DNA of 64,000 bases, taken from the NCBI RefSeq assembly GCF_003918875.1, contig NW_025765270.1, positions 1-64,000 of the forward strand, written 5' to 3'. The translations under genes were made by a program, and so were the position numbers. This DNA is from Haliotis rubra (Eukaryota). The first letter of the stretch is position 1. Every line of letters begins with the position of its first letter. Positions 37,901 through 49,898 of the stretch are shown here, piece after piece. The notes below the pieces were generated by a model. It was given only the letters and a program-made list of their open reading frames with translations. It did not search any database and was not told the DNA's origin.

Positions 37901-40900
37901 TCTAAATTCCAACATGTATCTGCTGGATCCTAGTGGGACCAGTCCAGTATTCACACCCGATAACTCTCGCCATGACAAACAAAGAAATGCGATACAGGAG
38001 AAGAGGTACAGACTAGTCTACGGTGCTGCTACTTGCCCTCACTTTTGCTTCCATTATCAAATCCAGGATCCGCTGGTCGCGATTTCGAACACTTCCGTTA
38101 TGGCCCTGTATGGTCCGTTGTGTGCTGTAGGAGAATGATAACCCCTGCGACCTGTGTACCTTCACGTTTAGTGACACTAAGTTGACATGTTCTAATCTAA
38201 CTGAATTACTGTTGAAAGTAAAACGCTCCTCACTTCATCAAAGACAAAGATGTAGCAGCACATGCCTCACCTTTGTCCTTAAAGGCTATAGACCCAGCAG
38301 CCATAGCGGATGCAGTCTCCATGGCAACGTCCGAGCCTGCTGCTGATGTGTCAATCTTGTAGGCTGGGCGGGACATGGTCATTCGCTCTGGACTTGTCCA
38401 CGACCCGTGATCCATCCCGCCATTACCAACCTGCATCACATCAGTCCACAAAGTAATGTACCTAGATCTAGGATCAGTCCCCTGACATAACCATGGATGA
38501 TGCAAGCTATGCTTTACCTCAGATCATTAATTCAGAATGACCCTTATAATATAACCCTTTAAAATACCTAGTAGAAAAACATTTCAGAAAGGTCTTTGAA
38601 TGGCATTTAGAAGTAATAAGGAGAGGTCGTGCTTTTAAGGAGAGGTCGTTATCGTTGGATTTTACCGACCTGCACCCACAGTTCGTTGGGCTTGGTGTGG
38701 CACTTGATGAAGTAGTCCAGCGGCCACTTGATGCACTTGTACATGTCCTCCAGCTGACCTGTTGCATTGTAGGCGTCCCTGTACCTGATGAGACTCCACG
38801 TCAGGAGGGTCGTGCTGAACGCCATGGGGAAGTTGAATTTGACGTTATCTCCGGCTGAAACAATGTATAACACAAGAGACGTATTTGCTAGCCTGCAAGC
38901 AAGGGAATAAATAGATGCATAACAGTATCTTAATGTCTCTCCATAGTAAACCCCAACAGGACTATTTGCGACAACAGTGGTAGTTTAGATGTATCAGGAT
39001 TGGTTGGTTGGCTGGTTGGTTGGTTGTTTAACGCCCCACTCAGCAATATTCCAGCGGCGATCCATATGGCGGCGGTCTGTAAATGATCGAGTCTGTACCA
39101 GACAATTAAGAATCAACATCATGAGCCTCGATCTACGCAACTGGGATACGATGACGCGTGTCAACACAGTCAGTGAGTCTGACCATCTGATCACGTTAGT
39201 CGCCTCTTCGACAAGCATGGGTTACTGAAGACCACTTTTAACCCACACCTTCACGGGTCAGTTGTGTCAGGAATGAAAACAGATAGGACTTCATCGTCGT
39301 TCACCTTCATAGGTCACCATTCGGGACAGGTGCTCGTCCAGTCACTTGATCACTTGATATCGACTCCTCGTAGGCGTCATGAAGTCAGTATCCAGCTAAA
39401 GACTGATTAGAATGACTTCCCAACTAGAACCAGACATTCTTCATACATGATAAAAGTTGCACATGTCTTTCAAGGCAATGTCATTTGGAACTGCACGCTC
39501 AAGAGTACAGGGCTTGACACTGAAGGATTTCACATGGCATTATTGACACACATGTACGAAATATATATTTTCCACACACAGTTTCTGATTTTTTTAGCCC
39601 ACTGTACTATTCCGCGTATATCACAAGTTTATGAATCACTGTCAATTTATGGACATACCGTCATACCATCCCCCGGTCAGATCTTCTCCTCCAGACCCCT
39701 TGTCTCCCAGGGCGGAGTCCCCCCTCCAGGGGATCCTGTTATCAAGGGGAGTTTCCCGGATCTCTGGGCCTCGTAGAACAAGATGGACTTCATCAGGATC
39801 TCCCCATAGTTGTACTTGGTTTTCTGAGCTCCTGGAGTTAATCCCAACAAACCACTCTCACTTCGGCTCAATGTAATACGGAATTCCAAAACATAATGAA
39901 ATGGAGATCTAAAATATAACACATGTTGTATTTGGGATTACGCTTTCTCAGTAAGTAGTATACACAATGGGGATACGGGACCAGGTACCCCCAAGGGCTC
40001 AATTTAAAAATTGAGCCCTTGGGAAGTCCCTAATCCCGTAGCCCCATTGTGTATACTACTACTGAGGTGCATCAAAATTTGATGAAAAAAAAATACTGTT
40101 TAAATGTATGAAATGGCACTGTAATGTCCTAGATTAGGAGTCTATTTTCAACAGTTTCAGCAAATGCCTCATTGCAGTCAACCCTACTAAAACTGATACC
40201 TGAAGTTTCAGTCTGCTATGAAAGCCCTGTTTTTTATCTCACCAACAAAAAATCGGGTTTATTCAATCTCACCTTCAACCAGTGGTACCCTGGGCACTGT
40301 CTGATCATCGTTGGTGACGTCGACGAGCACGGCGTATGCTGTAGGGACGCCGCCCCCGCACACCTGCCCGGTCATCCTGACACAGTAGTTGCTGCCGCCG
40401 TAGTGGACGCCCTTAGTGTTCTTGTTCACCAACACAGCGTGTTTTGTACAGGACGTCGTGTCGCTGATGAAGTCCCCATCATAGTTCTGAAAGTTTAAGT
40501 CAGCCTGTTTAGACAGTACTTATTTCATGGTTAATGTGAGAGTGACACAGAATCGGTGAAATACAAGAACACCTGCAAGTGAGACACTGTCAGATGAAGA
40601 ATCGTCATGTGGAAAGTCTGGTATAAAACCCACGACCTATAGGATCCTGACTTTCATAATGGCGGTCATCCGCCTTGGTCTGATGAATAAAAAGCAATCG
40701 TTCCTTGAGCCAATATATTTTGTTGCTGATATGTAGTAACTGATTATTTCATTTCAGTTTTGTGAATCAAGGTACGCTTTATTCTTTAAGTGATTGACGT
40801 AGTACCTTTACATCATTGACATCATTACCATGATATTCCCACTGAACTTAAGATGTTACAATATACTTTGTATAAGATTATTGCATTATTGATGGTGATG

Positions 40901-43900
40901 GTGATGATGATTTTCAAAGCCCGAAAAATACTGGTGAAGGTTGGTTGCTTTGTTGTTTAACGCCACGCTCAGCAATATTCCAGCTATATGGCGGCGGTAT
41001 GTAAATAATCGAGTCTGGACCAGACAATGCAGTGATCAACAGCATGAGCATCAATCTACGCAACTGGGATACGATAACATGTGTCAACGAAGACAGCGAG
41101 TCTGACCACCCGATCCCGTTAGTCGCCTCTTACGACAAGCATGGGTTACTGAATACCAATTCTAACCAGGACCTTCACGGGTGTGGTGATGGGGGCTTAC
41201 ATTGAGTGACTTTGTCTCCTGACTGAAGTGTATGTCCAGCTCCCAAGCCACTATCTCTTCCTTCAAGTCGAAGCAGAACTCGCCCTCCCACGTGTTGCCA
41301 TAGTGCTGACTCAGCTTCATCTGAGACGTGATGTTGTGTCGCTTGTGGAGGGGAGTTATTGGCTCTGTGAACACGTTCTGGGAAAGTGAGCACGTTGGAC
41401 ATAACACATATACTTACTTTAGTCACGAAAACAACGTGTGAGGTGCTACCCATAGGGAAGGTCATGCGTTCCCTTTTTGTAAACATCTTTAGTCATTACT
41501 TATTTTTCAAGGGCACATTGGAATCGAACCCGGCTCTTCAGCGTGACGAGCGGACGCTTTAACCATTAGGCTACCCCACCGCCCTCAATCAAGAGGGTAC
41601 ACTGGAGCGGGTCTTTCCTTTTCATTGTTTGTGCCGCCCAACAATATACCTATTGATGCATATGCCTTGACCGGGGTATAAGAAGGATGCAGTGACTGTA
41701 ACAACTCACCAGTGGTGGGTGGCCATGCTGAAATATACATGTATTTCTAGATATTATACGGTCAATAAGAACTTTCTTTTACAGATATAACACGTAAAAC
41801 CAGTTTGAATTGAAGAATATTACAAAGTTATAACTCTAAAATACATGGTATCATTATTCTGTTCCAAAGCACAAAAATAAAATTGTTGCGATTTCATTTA
41901 CAGCAAGTGAATTGCTGAAATTAATTGTTGATATGAATTCCAAGGAACCCCTATAATACGTCGTGTCGTATACAAATGTCCACTTCTGGACTTAAGTGTT
42001 TTATCGATTTATCCCACGTCCGTATATCTGGAACTGAGATAAACAATAAACAATTTGAAGGAAAACTGATTTGTATGGATAGTCAACTTCTTTATTGCAA
42101 TGAGTGCGACGTTTCGGTGTAGGTACTAACACCGTTATCAAGCAAGTGATACAACAACTGACGCAAGGAGAATATATACATAGCTGTATAGTGAGTATAT
42201 ACAATTAACAAGGTTTATGTACATTGGATATTAGATAAGTGATTACAGCAGAGGAGGTTGATGTACAGAGTGATTGATTGTGATTAGAGTTGAGTTTATA
42301 CAATTGATGAGTTGACGTACAATAGTTGTGATTACAAGCACAAAGGAGGGAGCATGGAAGCCAGATGGACAAAGGAGGTTGGGAAGGAATACTGGTGGTG
42401 GTCTTTGATTAGGTGGTGATAGGCTGACGAGATGAAATAACCTTGATCTCCAATGTACATCAACCTTGTTAATTGTATATACTCACTATACAGCTATGTA
42501 TATTATATTCTCCCTGCGTCAGTAGTTGTATCACTTGCTTGATAACGGTGTTAGTACCTACACCGAAACGTCGCACTCATTGCAATAAAGAAGTTGACTA
42601 TCCATACAAATCAGTTTTCCTTCATCTTCACAACTTCTAAAATGCCTCTCAAAGAAATAAACAATTTGTCTTACTCTCCCCTGGAGCCAGTGTTCTCGTA
42701 GTGGTGGGTGTGGTCGGAGAGGCGGTGGTAGTCGTAGTCGTCTGTGTCGTGGTGGGCTCCGGGAGATCTACCGTCAGGTTGACGGTGGGACTGATGTCCC
42801 CGCTGCCGTGGCCGAGAAAGTTGATACAGAGACTGTCGCCCTTGTGCTCGTCCCCGTCGAAAGGTTGGTTGACGATGACGAATTCTCGCCCGTCTGATGT
42901 TTGAGACTCGATGTCGGCTAACCATATCTAGAGTGAGTGAGTGAGTAAGGTTTATAACCGACTGACCCGTTTTCCGTTATATAGCCGCGTACAAGCGTAA
43001 CATAAGCTGAGAGACAAGGCCAATGTGTCAGCCTCGAGTAAGTGGGGGGAGGAGTGAGTGTGGTTTACGCCGCTTTAGCCATATCTCCCAGAGCCGTGAA
43101 ATGGTGCTTTGGTGAACATTCATGCGTCGGGCAACTGCATCGTTAAGACTGGCCAGCTTCAAGCAAACCAATGGCGATATGACGGTTGGCTTCACTTAGG
43201 CGTGGTGCATTTTGCGTTCGTCAACAGCCATTCCAAATACACTGAATAATCGACAGACAGCGATCACCCTTTAATACCCATCATTGAGACTATCTGATCC
43301 CCAACTTTCACGTGCATTGCATGTGAATTGTGTATTCTGTGATACTTACACGCCGAAATTGAAAATCATGCTGTTAAATAAGGGTATTTTACGGATGGTG
43401 CGTTTTGTTAGTGATGTTTCAAAACATAAACACCATAGGACTCATAAACAGAGCAAAACCTTTGTAAAATGAATCACGTGTTTAATTCATTGCTGCTACG
43501 AAATTGTTGGCTTCTTGATGCGTTTCTTTTGGGGGTATACATATTGATGCATGCCTTGACCGGGGTATAAGAAGAATAAACAATTTGTCTTACTCTCCCC
43601 TGGAGCCAGTGTTCTCGTAGTGGTGGGTGTGGTCGGAGAGGCGGTGGTAGTCGTAGTCGTCTGTGTCGTGGTGGGCTCCGGGAGATCTACCGTCAGGTTG
43701 ACGGTGGGACTGATGTCCCCGCTGCCGTGGCCGAGAAAGTTGATACAGAGACTGTCGCCCTTGTGCTCGTCCCCGTCGAAAGGTTGGTTGACGATGACGA
43801 ATTCTCGCCCGTCTGATGTTTGAGACTCGATGTCGGCTAACCATATCTAGAGTGAGTGAGTGGGTAAGGTTTATAACCGACTGACCCGTTTTCCGTTATA

Positions 43901-46117
43901 TAGCCGCGTACAAGCGTAACATAAGTTGAGAGACAAGGCCAATGTGTCAGCTCTCGAGTAAGTGGGGAGTGAGTGAGTGTGGTTTTACGCCGCTTTTAGC
44001 TATATTCAAGCAATATCACGACGGGGGACACCAGAAATGGGCTTCACACCTGGTTCCCAGACTAAGAGACGAAGACCATTGTGGCACAAATATGCTTATG
44101 ACATGCAATAATGATGATTGTGGCGATTTGGTTCCAACGGGCATCACCGGTGAGTGGTGTTACGCCACGCATGCAGTGGCGCCTGTACCCACTGGGCCAC
44201 CCATATCTACGTAAACCGTTTTGGGATGGAATGCCAATTGCGAAATTCCTCAATGTGTTTCATCTGGCATTCGAGGAAATATGTGGGAAGTGATCACTAT
44301 ACTCATGAATTGGACAGGTAACAGACAGAAACACCATGGTTTGGTTACACCAGTAAAAAGACAACGTAGAAGTTGTTTGTATTCGCGACTATTTTGTTCA
44401 AATGCCCCTATTCAGAGAGAAACAGACATGAAGCTGTTCACCCTCTTCATACCTCGAGTTTTGTAACCGGTTCGCTGAACTGCATGTGTGCCTTCCAGGA
44501 AGTGACGTCAACAGAGAATGGGATACAAAATTTCCCCTCGAATCCGCCCTCCCAGTGGTTGCCCATGGTAACAGGAACTACCTCGGCCGTGGCGGGGCCC
44601 GCACACAGTCCCAGCAGGAAGACCAATAATATCTGGAAGATACAGCAGTGGTGACCAAGGAAACATCAAGTCCCATCATCTAATGTCCTTTGGTTATAAC
44701 GGGGATCGAACTACCGACTTGATGCTGTCTGGGCAGGCGCTCTATCCATGGGACGGATTTTACAACTAACGTGAAGGAATGTGTTGTTTATGTTTTATAC
44801 AGCAATATTCCAACAAGATGGTAGCTGATAGTAATACCACGGTACATAATCAGTCACATTGTGACCAACCAATCCTCATCCAGCACACATACGAGGATCG
44901 GGTTCACGAAACCTGTTCTTACTGAGAATACTATGGGGCGTTTTATGACAAAGATTGAAACAGAAAATTACATCTATGATTCAACATTTAAGGTAGGCTA
45001 TAGGTATGTCTCAGGACAGGTAACGATGTGTTATTATGAAAGAAAAAAAATATGTTTGCGTGTATGTCACTGAACAAATCATAAATATATGAATGCTACA
45101 TGAAAGAAAAAATATGTTTGCGTATATGACACTGAACAAATTGTAAATATATGAATGCTACATGAAAGAAAAAATATGTTTGCGTGTATGTCACTGAACA
45201 AATTGTAAATATATGAATGCTACATGAAAGAAAAAATATGTTTGCGTGTATGTCACTGAACAAATTGTAAATATATGAATGCTACATGAAAGAAAAAATA
45301 TGTTTGCGTGTATGTCACTGAACAAATTGTAAATATATGAATGCTACATGAAAGAAAGAAAAAATATGTTTGCGTGTATGTCACTGAACAAGTTGTAAAT
45401 ATATGAATGCTACATGAAAGAAAAAAAAAATATGTTTGCGTGTATGTCACTGAACAAATTGTAAATATATGAATGCTACATGAAATGCTACAAAAAAAAT
45501 ATGTTTGCGTGTATGTCACTGAACAAATTGTAAATATATGAATGCTACATGAAAGAAAAAATATGTTTGCGTGTATGTCACTGAACAAATTGTAAATATA
45601 TGAATGCTACATGAAAGAAAAATATGTTTGCGTGTATGTCACTGAACAAGTTGTAAATATATGAATGCTACATGAAAGAAAAAATATGTTTGCGTGTATG
45701 TCACTGAACAAGTTGTAAATATATGAATGCTACATGAAAGAAAAAATATGTTTGCGTATATGTCACTGAACAAATTGTAAATATATGAATGCTACATGAA
45801 AGAAAAAATATGTTTGCGTGTATGTCACTGAACAAATTGTAAATATATGAATGCTACATGAAAGAAAAAATATGTTTGCGTGTATGTCACTGAACAAGTT
45901 GTAAATATATGAATGCTACATGAAAGAAAAAATATGTTTGCGTGTATGTCACTGAACAAGTTGTAAATATATGAATGCTACATGAAAGAAAAAATATGTT
46001 TGAGTATATATCACTGAACAAGTTGTAAATATATGAATGCTACATGAAAGAAAAAATATGTTTGAGTATATATCACTGAACAAGTTGTAAATATATGAAT
46101 GCTACAGTTACCTGCAT
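34927..46117 (-). CDS. GH9 cellulase gene B: signal + two CBM2-like modules + Thr-rich linker + GH9; disrupted as assembled (possible pseudogene or assembly error)
   Basis: Exons (minus strand): 46117-46112 (ATG CAG), 44632-44453, 43846-43594 or its identical copy 42927-42675, 41727-41710 (micro-exon), 41364-41201, 40486-40273, 39831-39659 (173 nt, 1 nt short), 38854-38670, 38430-38271, 37718-37607, [exon 7 not found], 36486-36342, 36090-35925, 35651-35461, 34988-34927. DAGDNVKF and [14 protein letters not shown] are intact. Minus-strand AATAAA at 34891-34896. Confidence 0.82.
39000..39259 (-). mobile_element. Short retroposon family 2
   Basis: Same consensus; imperfect TSD tgtatcagga/tgtgtcagga. 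Confidence 0.8.
39947..40066. mobile_element. Palindromic MITE-like hairpin
   Basis: ctcagtaagtagtatacacaatgggg...ccccattgtgtatactactactgag with an inner hairpin cccaagggctcaattt/aaattgagcccttggg. Confidence 0.65.
40940..41182 (-). mobile_element. Short retroposon family 2
   Basis: Same consensus. Further degraded or partial copies at 22928-23020, 51555-51778 and 55780-55960. Confidence 0.8.
42058..42655. mobile_element. Penelope-like element remnant with inverted pseudo-LTR copies
   Basis: ~160-bp inverted repeat (42058-42220 / 42455-42623), 13-bp flanking direct repeat aataaacaatttg (42045-42057, 42656-42668), and a hammerhead-like motif in each arm. Confidence 0.7.
42536..42575 (+). ncRNA. 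Minimal type-I hammerhead ribozyme-like motif (U3-A8 core variant); inverted copy at 42105-42144 (-)
   Basis: UGC-UUGAUAA-C-GGUGU(loop)ACACC-GAAAC-GUC-GCA: stem I UGC/GCA, 5-bp stem II, palindromic ACGU stem III, GUC cleavage triplet. Confidence 0.6.
45037..46106. repeat. 62-bp AT-rich minisatellite, ~17 units, in gene B first coding intron
   Basis: Unit atgaaagaaaaaatatgtttgcgtgtatgtcactgaacaaattgtaaatatatgaatgctac; it abuts the donor at 46110-46111. Confidence 0.96.
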
Positions 46118-46493
46118 GCTGCCAGGTGCTAGATACATGTAGGGATCGCAGCGCCCTGATCAGAAATCGACAGTGACCTTGATAGATACTGTACCAGACA
46201 GGTGGGAACTTGACTTCTGTTCATAAACAGTACAAAGATAACATTTTTGCTTGTTCACAGAGTTTTCTATTTTTGCTGTTTTTCATCTGATAATGAATTG
46301 TATGAAGATTATTTGCATAACCTACGTGCCAAACATTCCCCTGAAACTATGCTTTTGGTAAACAAGAGCAAGAAAACATTTCCGTTATCGCAAAAAATAT
46401 TTCTACCAACAGCAGACAATTGTACGACTCCTTTTGTGTGTTTAGGAATGTGTACTAAATGTGATAAGAAACAATTAAGTCGACCTGTAGGAG

Positions 46494-46660
46494 TGTGAGT
46501 GAGTGAGTTTATTCTTACGCCGCTTTTAGCAAATTTCCAGCACTATCACGGCGGGGGACACCAGAAATGAGCTTCACATATTGTACCCATGTGGGGAATC
46601 GAACCCGGATCTTTGACTTGACGAGCGGACGCTTTAACCACTGGGCTACCCCACCGCCCC
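46494..46660 (-). mobile_element. SINE family 1
   Basis: Full length; TSD cgacctgtaggag. Confidence 0.85.
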
Positions 46661-47099
46661 GACCTGTAGGAGGTCACAGGTATATCTTAAGGCAATATGT
46701 GAACGTATGTTATGCACTCGTGTGGATTTGGAACCGGATAAGAGCAGGTTGCTGCGACAAGTGCTTGTCGGACTTCGTGGATCGGGGGTAAAGCACGGAG
46801 GCTGTGTTGCTACCTGAAGGTTTTCATCTCTCATGACATCAACTACTGGTATGCCGGGAAGGCCAGCGACAGGTTGCTGCGATATATGTACAACAGACGT
46901 TATAAAACAGAGTGTCTCTATAAGACAAAGTGTTAAAGACCAGCTAACCATGGGTTCGAATCCCGGATGTGCCGGTTGTAATATGATAGTCTGTCTCTAC
47001 CTGAAATAGATGTGAGATGCATCAAATTGGGCATTCGAACTAAATACGCTGTGGAATGCATGACAGACTTTTGGAATACCATATAACCCTCATAGTATC

Positions 47100-47420
47100 C
47101 GGTTTGTGTCTGGGTATAAGCCAGGTAGTTACAATGGTTTTGCTGTGTATCTGAATATATCAGATACCAGCCACGTCGCTCACTCAGATCCAAACAGGGA
47201 TTTCAACTACAAGTACCAACATCACGCACAAAGACCTTTGGCGGAAAGAGCCTTTGAACATGCCGGACCATGCTTGTGGAATGAACTGCCATTCCTTATC
47301 AAATCCCGGACCACTCTCACTGGATTCAAATCAAAACTCAAGACGGACTTTTACAACTTAGCTCTGGATCAGTGAAATCTTTTTCTCAGACACAACAGCG
47401 CTTTTGAGCAGCATTTCCTG
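47100..47420 (+). mobile_element. 3' fragment of an L2-like LINE
   Basis: AERAFEHAGPCLWNELP...FKSKLKT followed by cagcgcttttgagca. Confidence 0.65.
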
Positions 47421-48060
47421 GATATCAGNNNNNNNNNNNNNNNNNNNNNNNNNNNNNNNNNNNNNNNNNNNNNNNNNNNNNNNNNNNNNNNNNNNNNNNN
47501 NNNNNNNNNNNNNNNNNNNNNNNNNNNNNNNNNNNNNNNNNNNNNNNNNNNNNNNNNNTCACTAATACAAAGTATTATGGTCTACCGGGTAGGTGAACGG
47601 GAGATGTAAGGTGTTTGTAGCTTTTAATAACACTTTCGAATCCCATGGGTACACCCTTTGAGAACTTGGCTGTGATTAGGGTGAAACCCGCCCTCGAGTA
47701 TCCAGTGTAATATATACAGACGTTAACACGCGAGTATGTTTTGGGTTTGGGTGAATTTATGTATTGGGAGTAAACACAATGCATTTACTCGCCACTGCTC
47801 GCGAAACACAGTGTTTTAAAATGTCTGTGAAATAGGAACGAAGAAGGAATTTATTAAGTCTTGTGTGATAACGTCTTTTTCAGATAATATCAACACATAA
47901 TTGTGGAGTTTCTCATCTCTCACAAGCGGTACCTGAACAGCTTCGTGTTAGTCAGAGAGACAACAGTCAGTATAGTTCCTACTGAAACCTGTTTTGCAGT
48001 ATTGGTGTAACAGACAGGCAGGCATTATACAGGCAGAATAATAAGTGCCTACACACACAA

Positions 48061-48887
48061 CATAGGCCCCCAATGCGGGTCAGAAAATCGATGAACTATC
48101 CACACACCCTACTATATAATATGTAAAAGGTTCATCACAGAAATACGGTGACATGATCGAAAACCGGAGAATTACGCACACGTCAATGAATATATCGTAG
48201 TTTAAAGGTCTCACAAGTATCAAAAGCTTTTCTTCATATCTCCGATTTGTGTAGGGGGCATATACATGCGCTTTCCGTAGGAATGCATTGGATGGTTTTT
48301 ATTAAATCGCCAAAGACCGAGTTGCTGTGCCGGAAGTATACAAAACTAGGTCGTCAGCGCATGACTTCACTACCTCCGGCGATCTGATTGGCTAACACCT
48401 TGCACTGAATGAATGGATTATTATGTGTTTCTTTAAAATATATTTTTATTCGTTTTTAAAATTATTCTTACCAGGATAAAACATCAGACCGTGACAACTT
48501 GGATGAAGGACGTTTGAGTTTCCCTCTCATTTTTGCACGTGCATTTGTTGTCATTTTATTAACCAATTTGATTGCGCTGACGACCTAGTTTTGTATACTT
48601 CAGGCACAGCAACTCGGTCTATGGCGATTTGATAAAAACCAACAAATGCATCCCCACGAGAAGCACACATGTGTATATGCCTCCTACACACATCAGAGAT
48701 ATAGAGAAAAGCTTTTCATACTTGTGAGACCTTTAAACTACGATATGTCGATTGATATGTGCGTAATCGTCCGGTTTTCGATGTCACCGTATTTCTGTGA
48801 TGAACCTTTACATATTATACAGTAAAGGATGTGGATACTAAACCGGGGCCTAGTTTATCGATTTTCGGACCCGCAGTGGGGCCTATG
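48061..48887. mobile_element. Non-autonomous foldback/MITE element with ~300-bp imperfect terminal inverted repeats
   Basis: 48061-48361 (cataggccccc...gtcgtcagcgca) is the reverse complement of 48573-48887. No ORF. Confidence 0.85.
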
Positions 48888-49788
48888 ACTGTAACCTAGA
48901 CTATAATACGTCACGTTTCTTTTGAGTCTGCGTGGCCACAGGAAATCTACAAGCACAGATATGCAGGTGTTTCGAAACGTGTATTTCCAAAGTTTATTTC
49001 ACAATGATTCAGTTGGAACTAGTCATCAGTGTTTAATCGACTATGTTTTTTTAAGATCAAGACAGTTATTTCAATAGTTTCCCTGTATTCCCGATGTCAA
49101 ATTCCGACTCGATCGCAGACATGTTTGTAAATGCTGAAATTAGTAATAACATGACATTCCATGTTTGGTTATATCCTTGCTAGAAACCTACTGTTGTATT
49201 ATAAGGCTCTCTTCGGGTTTTACTCTGGGTATATGCACCACCATAGCGATTTCCAAACGTCCGTATCACATCTCTAAAACCTCGCACTGGTGAAGGAGGC
49301 ACTTGAACTGACGGCTTTGTGCCATGAGAATCATACTCTAAATGGTAAATAGTTACAGTGTATTTATGTAGACATAACTCACTGGATAACACAAACATGA
49401 TATTGCTTAAAATACTTTTAAGAATACGAAACTTAAAATAAACTCAGCGTGGCTTACACTGTATGACGCGTAATGTCAAGAATTCAAACACGTTAAGGAT
49501 CCTTGGCACATTGATAACCGACATGTAGATCTGCTGGTACACGAGCTCACACCGTGCACAGTGCATGTCACGCAGACATCAGCCTAACTCCAAATACCAA
49601 AGATACACAAAATGACCTTTTTGTTTTGCAGGTTACTGCAATTTCACACTCAACACTCAGTGTTGTGTGAAGTAATTTCTTAAATAGAAATTAAAGAAGC
49701 CGGCTAAGAGGAAAACAAATATCTCTGAGTCTTCATTGCTTGTCATTTCCCCCTATCATTAAGTGACTGAACGAGACTCAGTCGTGCC

Positions 49789-49898
49789 CAGGGCCCCGTT
49801 CCTCAAGGCGATCGTAGCGCTAAGTTGATCGTAACTCCTATACTTTATAGACATACGACTGTCGTAGCGCTACGATCGCCTTGAGGAACGGGGCCCAG
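49789..49898. mobile_element. Palindromic MITE (Harbinger-like, CAG TSD)
   Basis: ggccccgttcctcaaggcgatcgtagcgcta ... tagcgctacgatcgccttgaggaacggggcc, a perfect 31-bp inverted repeat. Confidence 0.75.

Noticed and set aside
42671-42925. Arg-rich ORF MVSRHRVSNIRR (and its copy at 43590-43844)
   Set aside because: Wrong frame of the CBM/Thr-linker exon.
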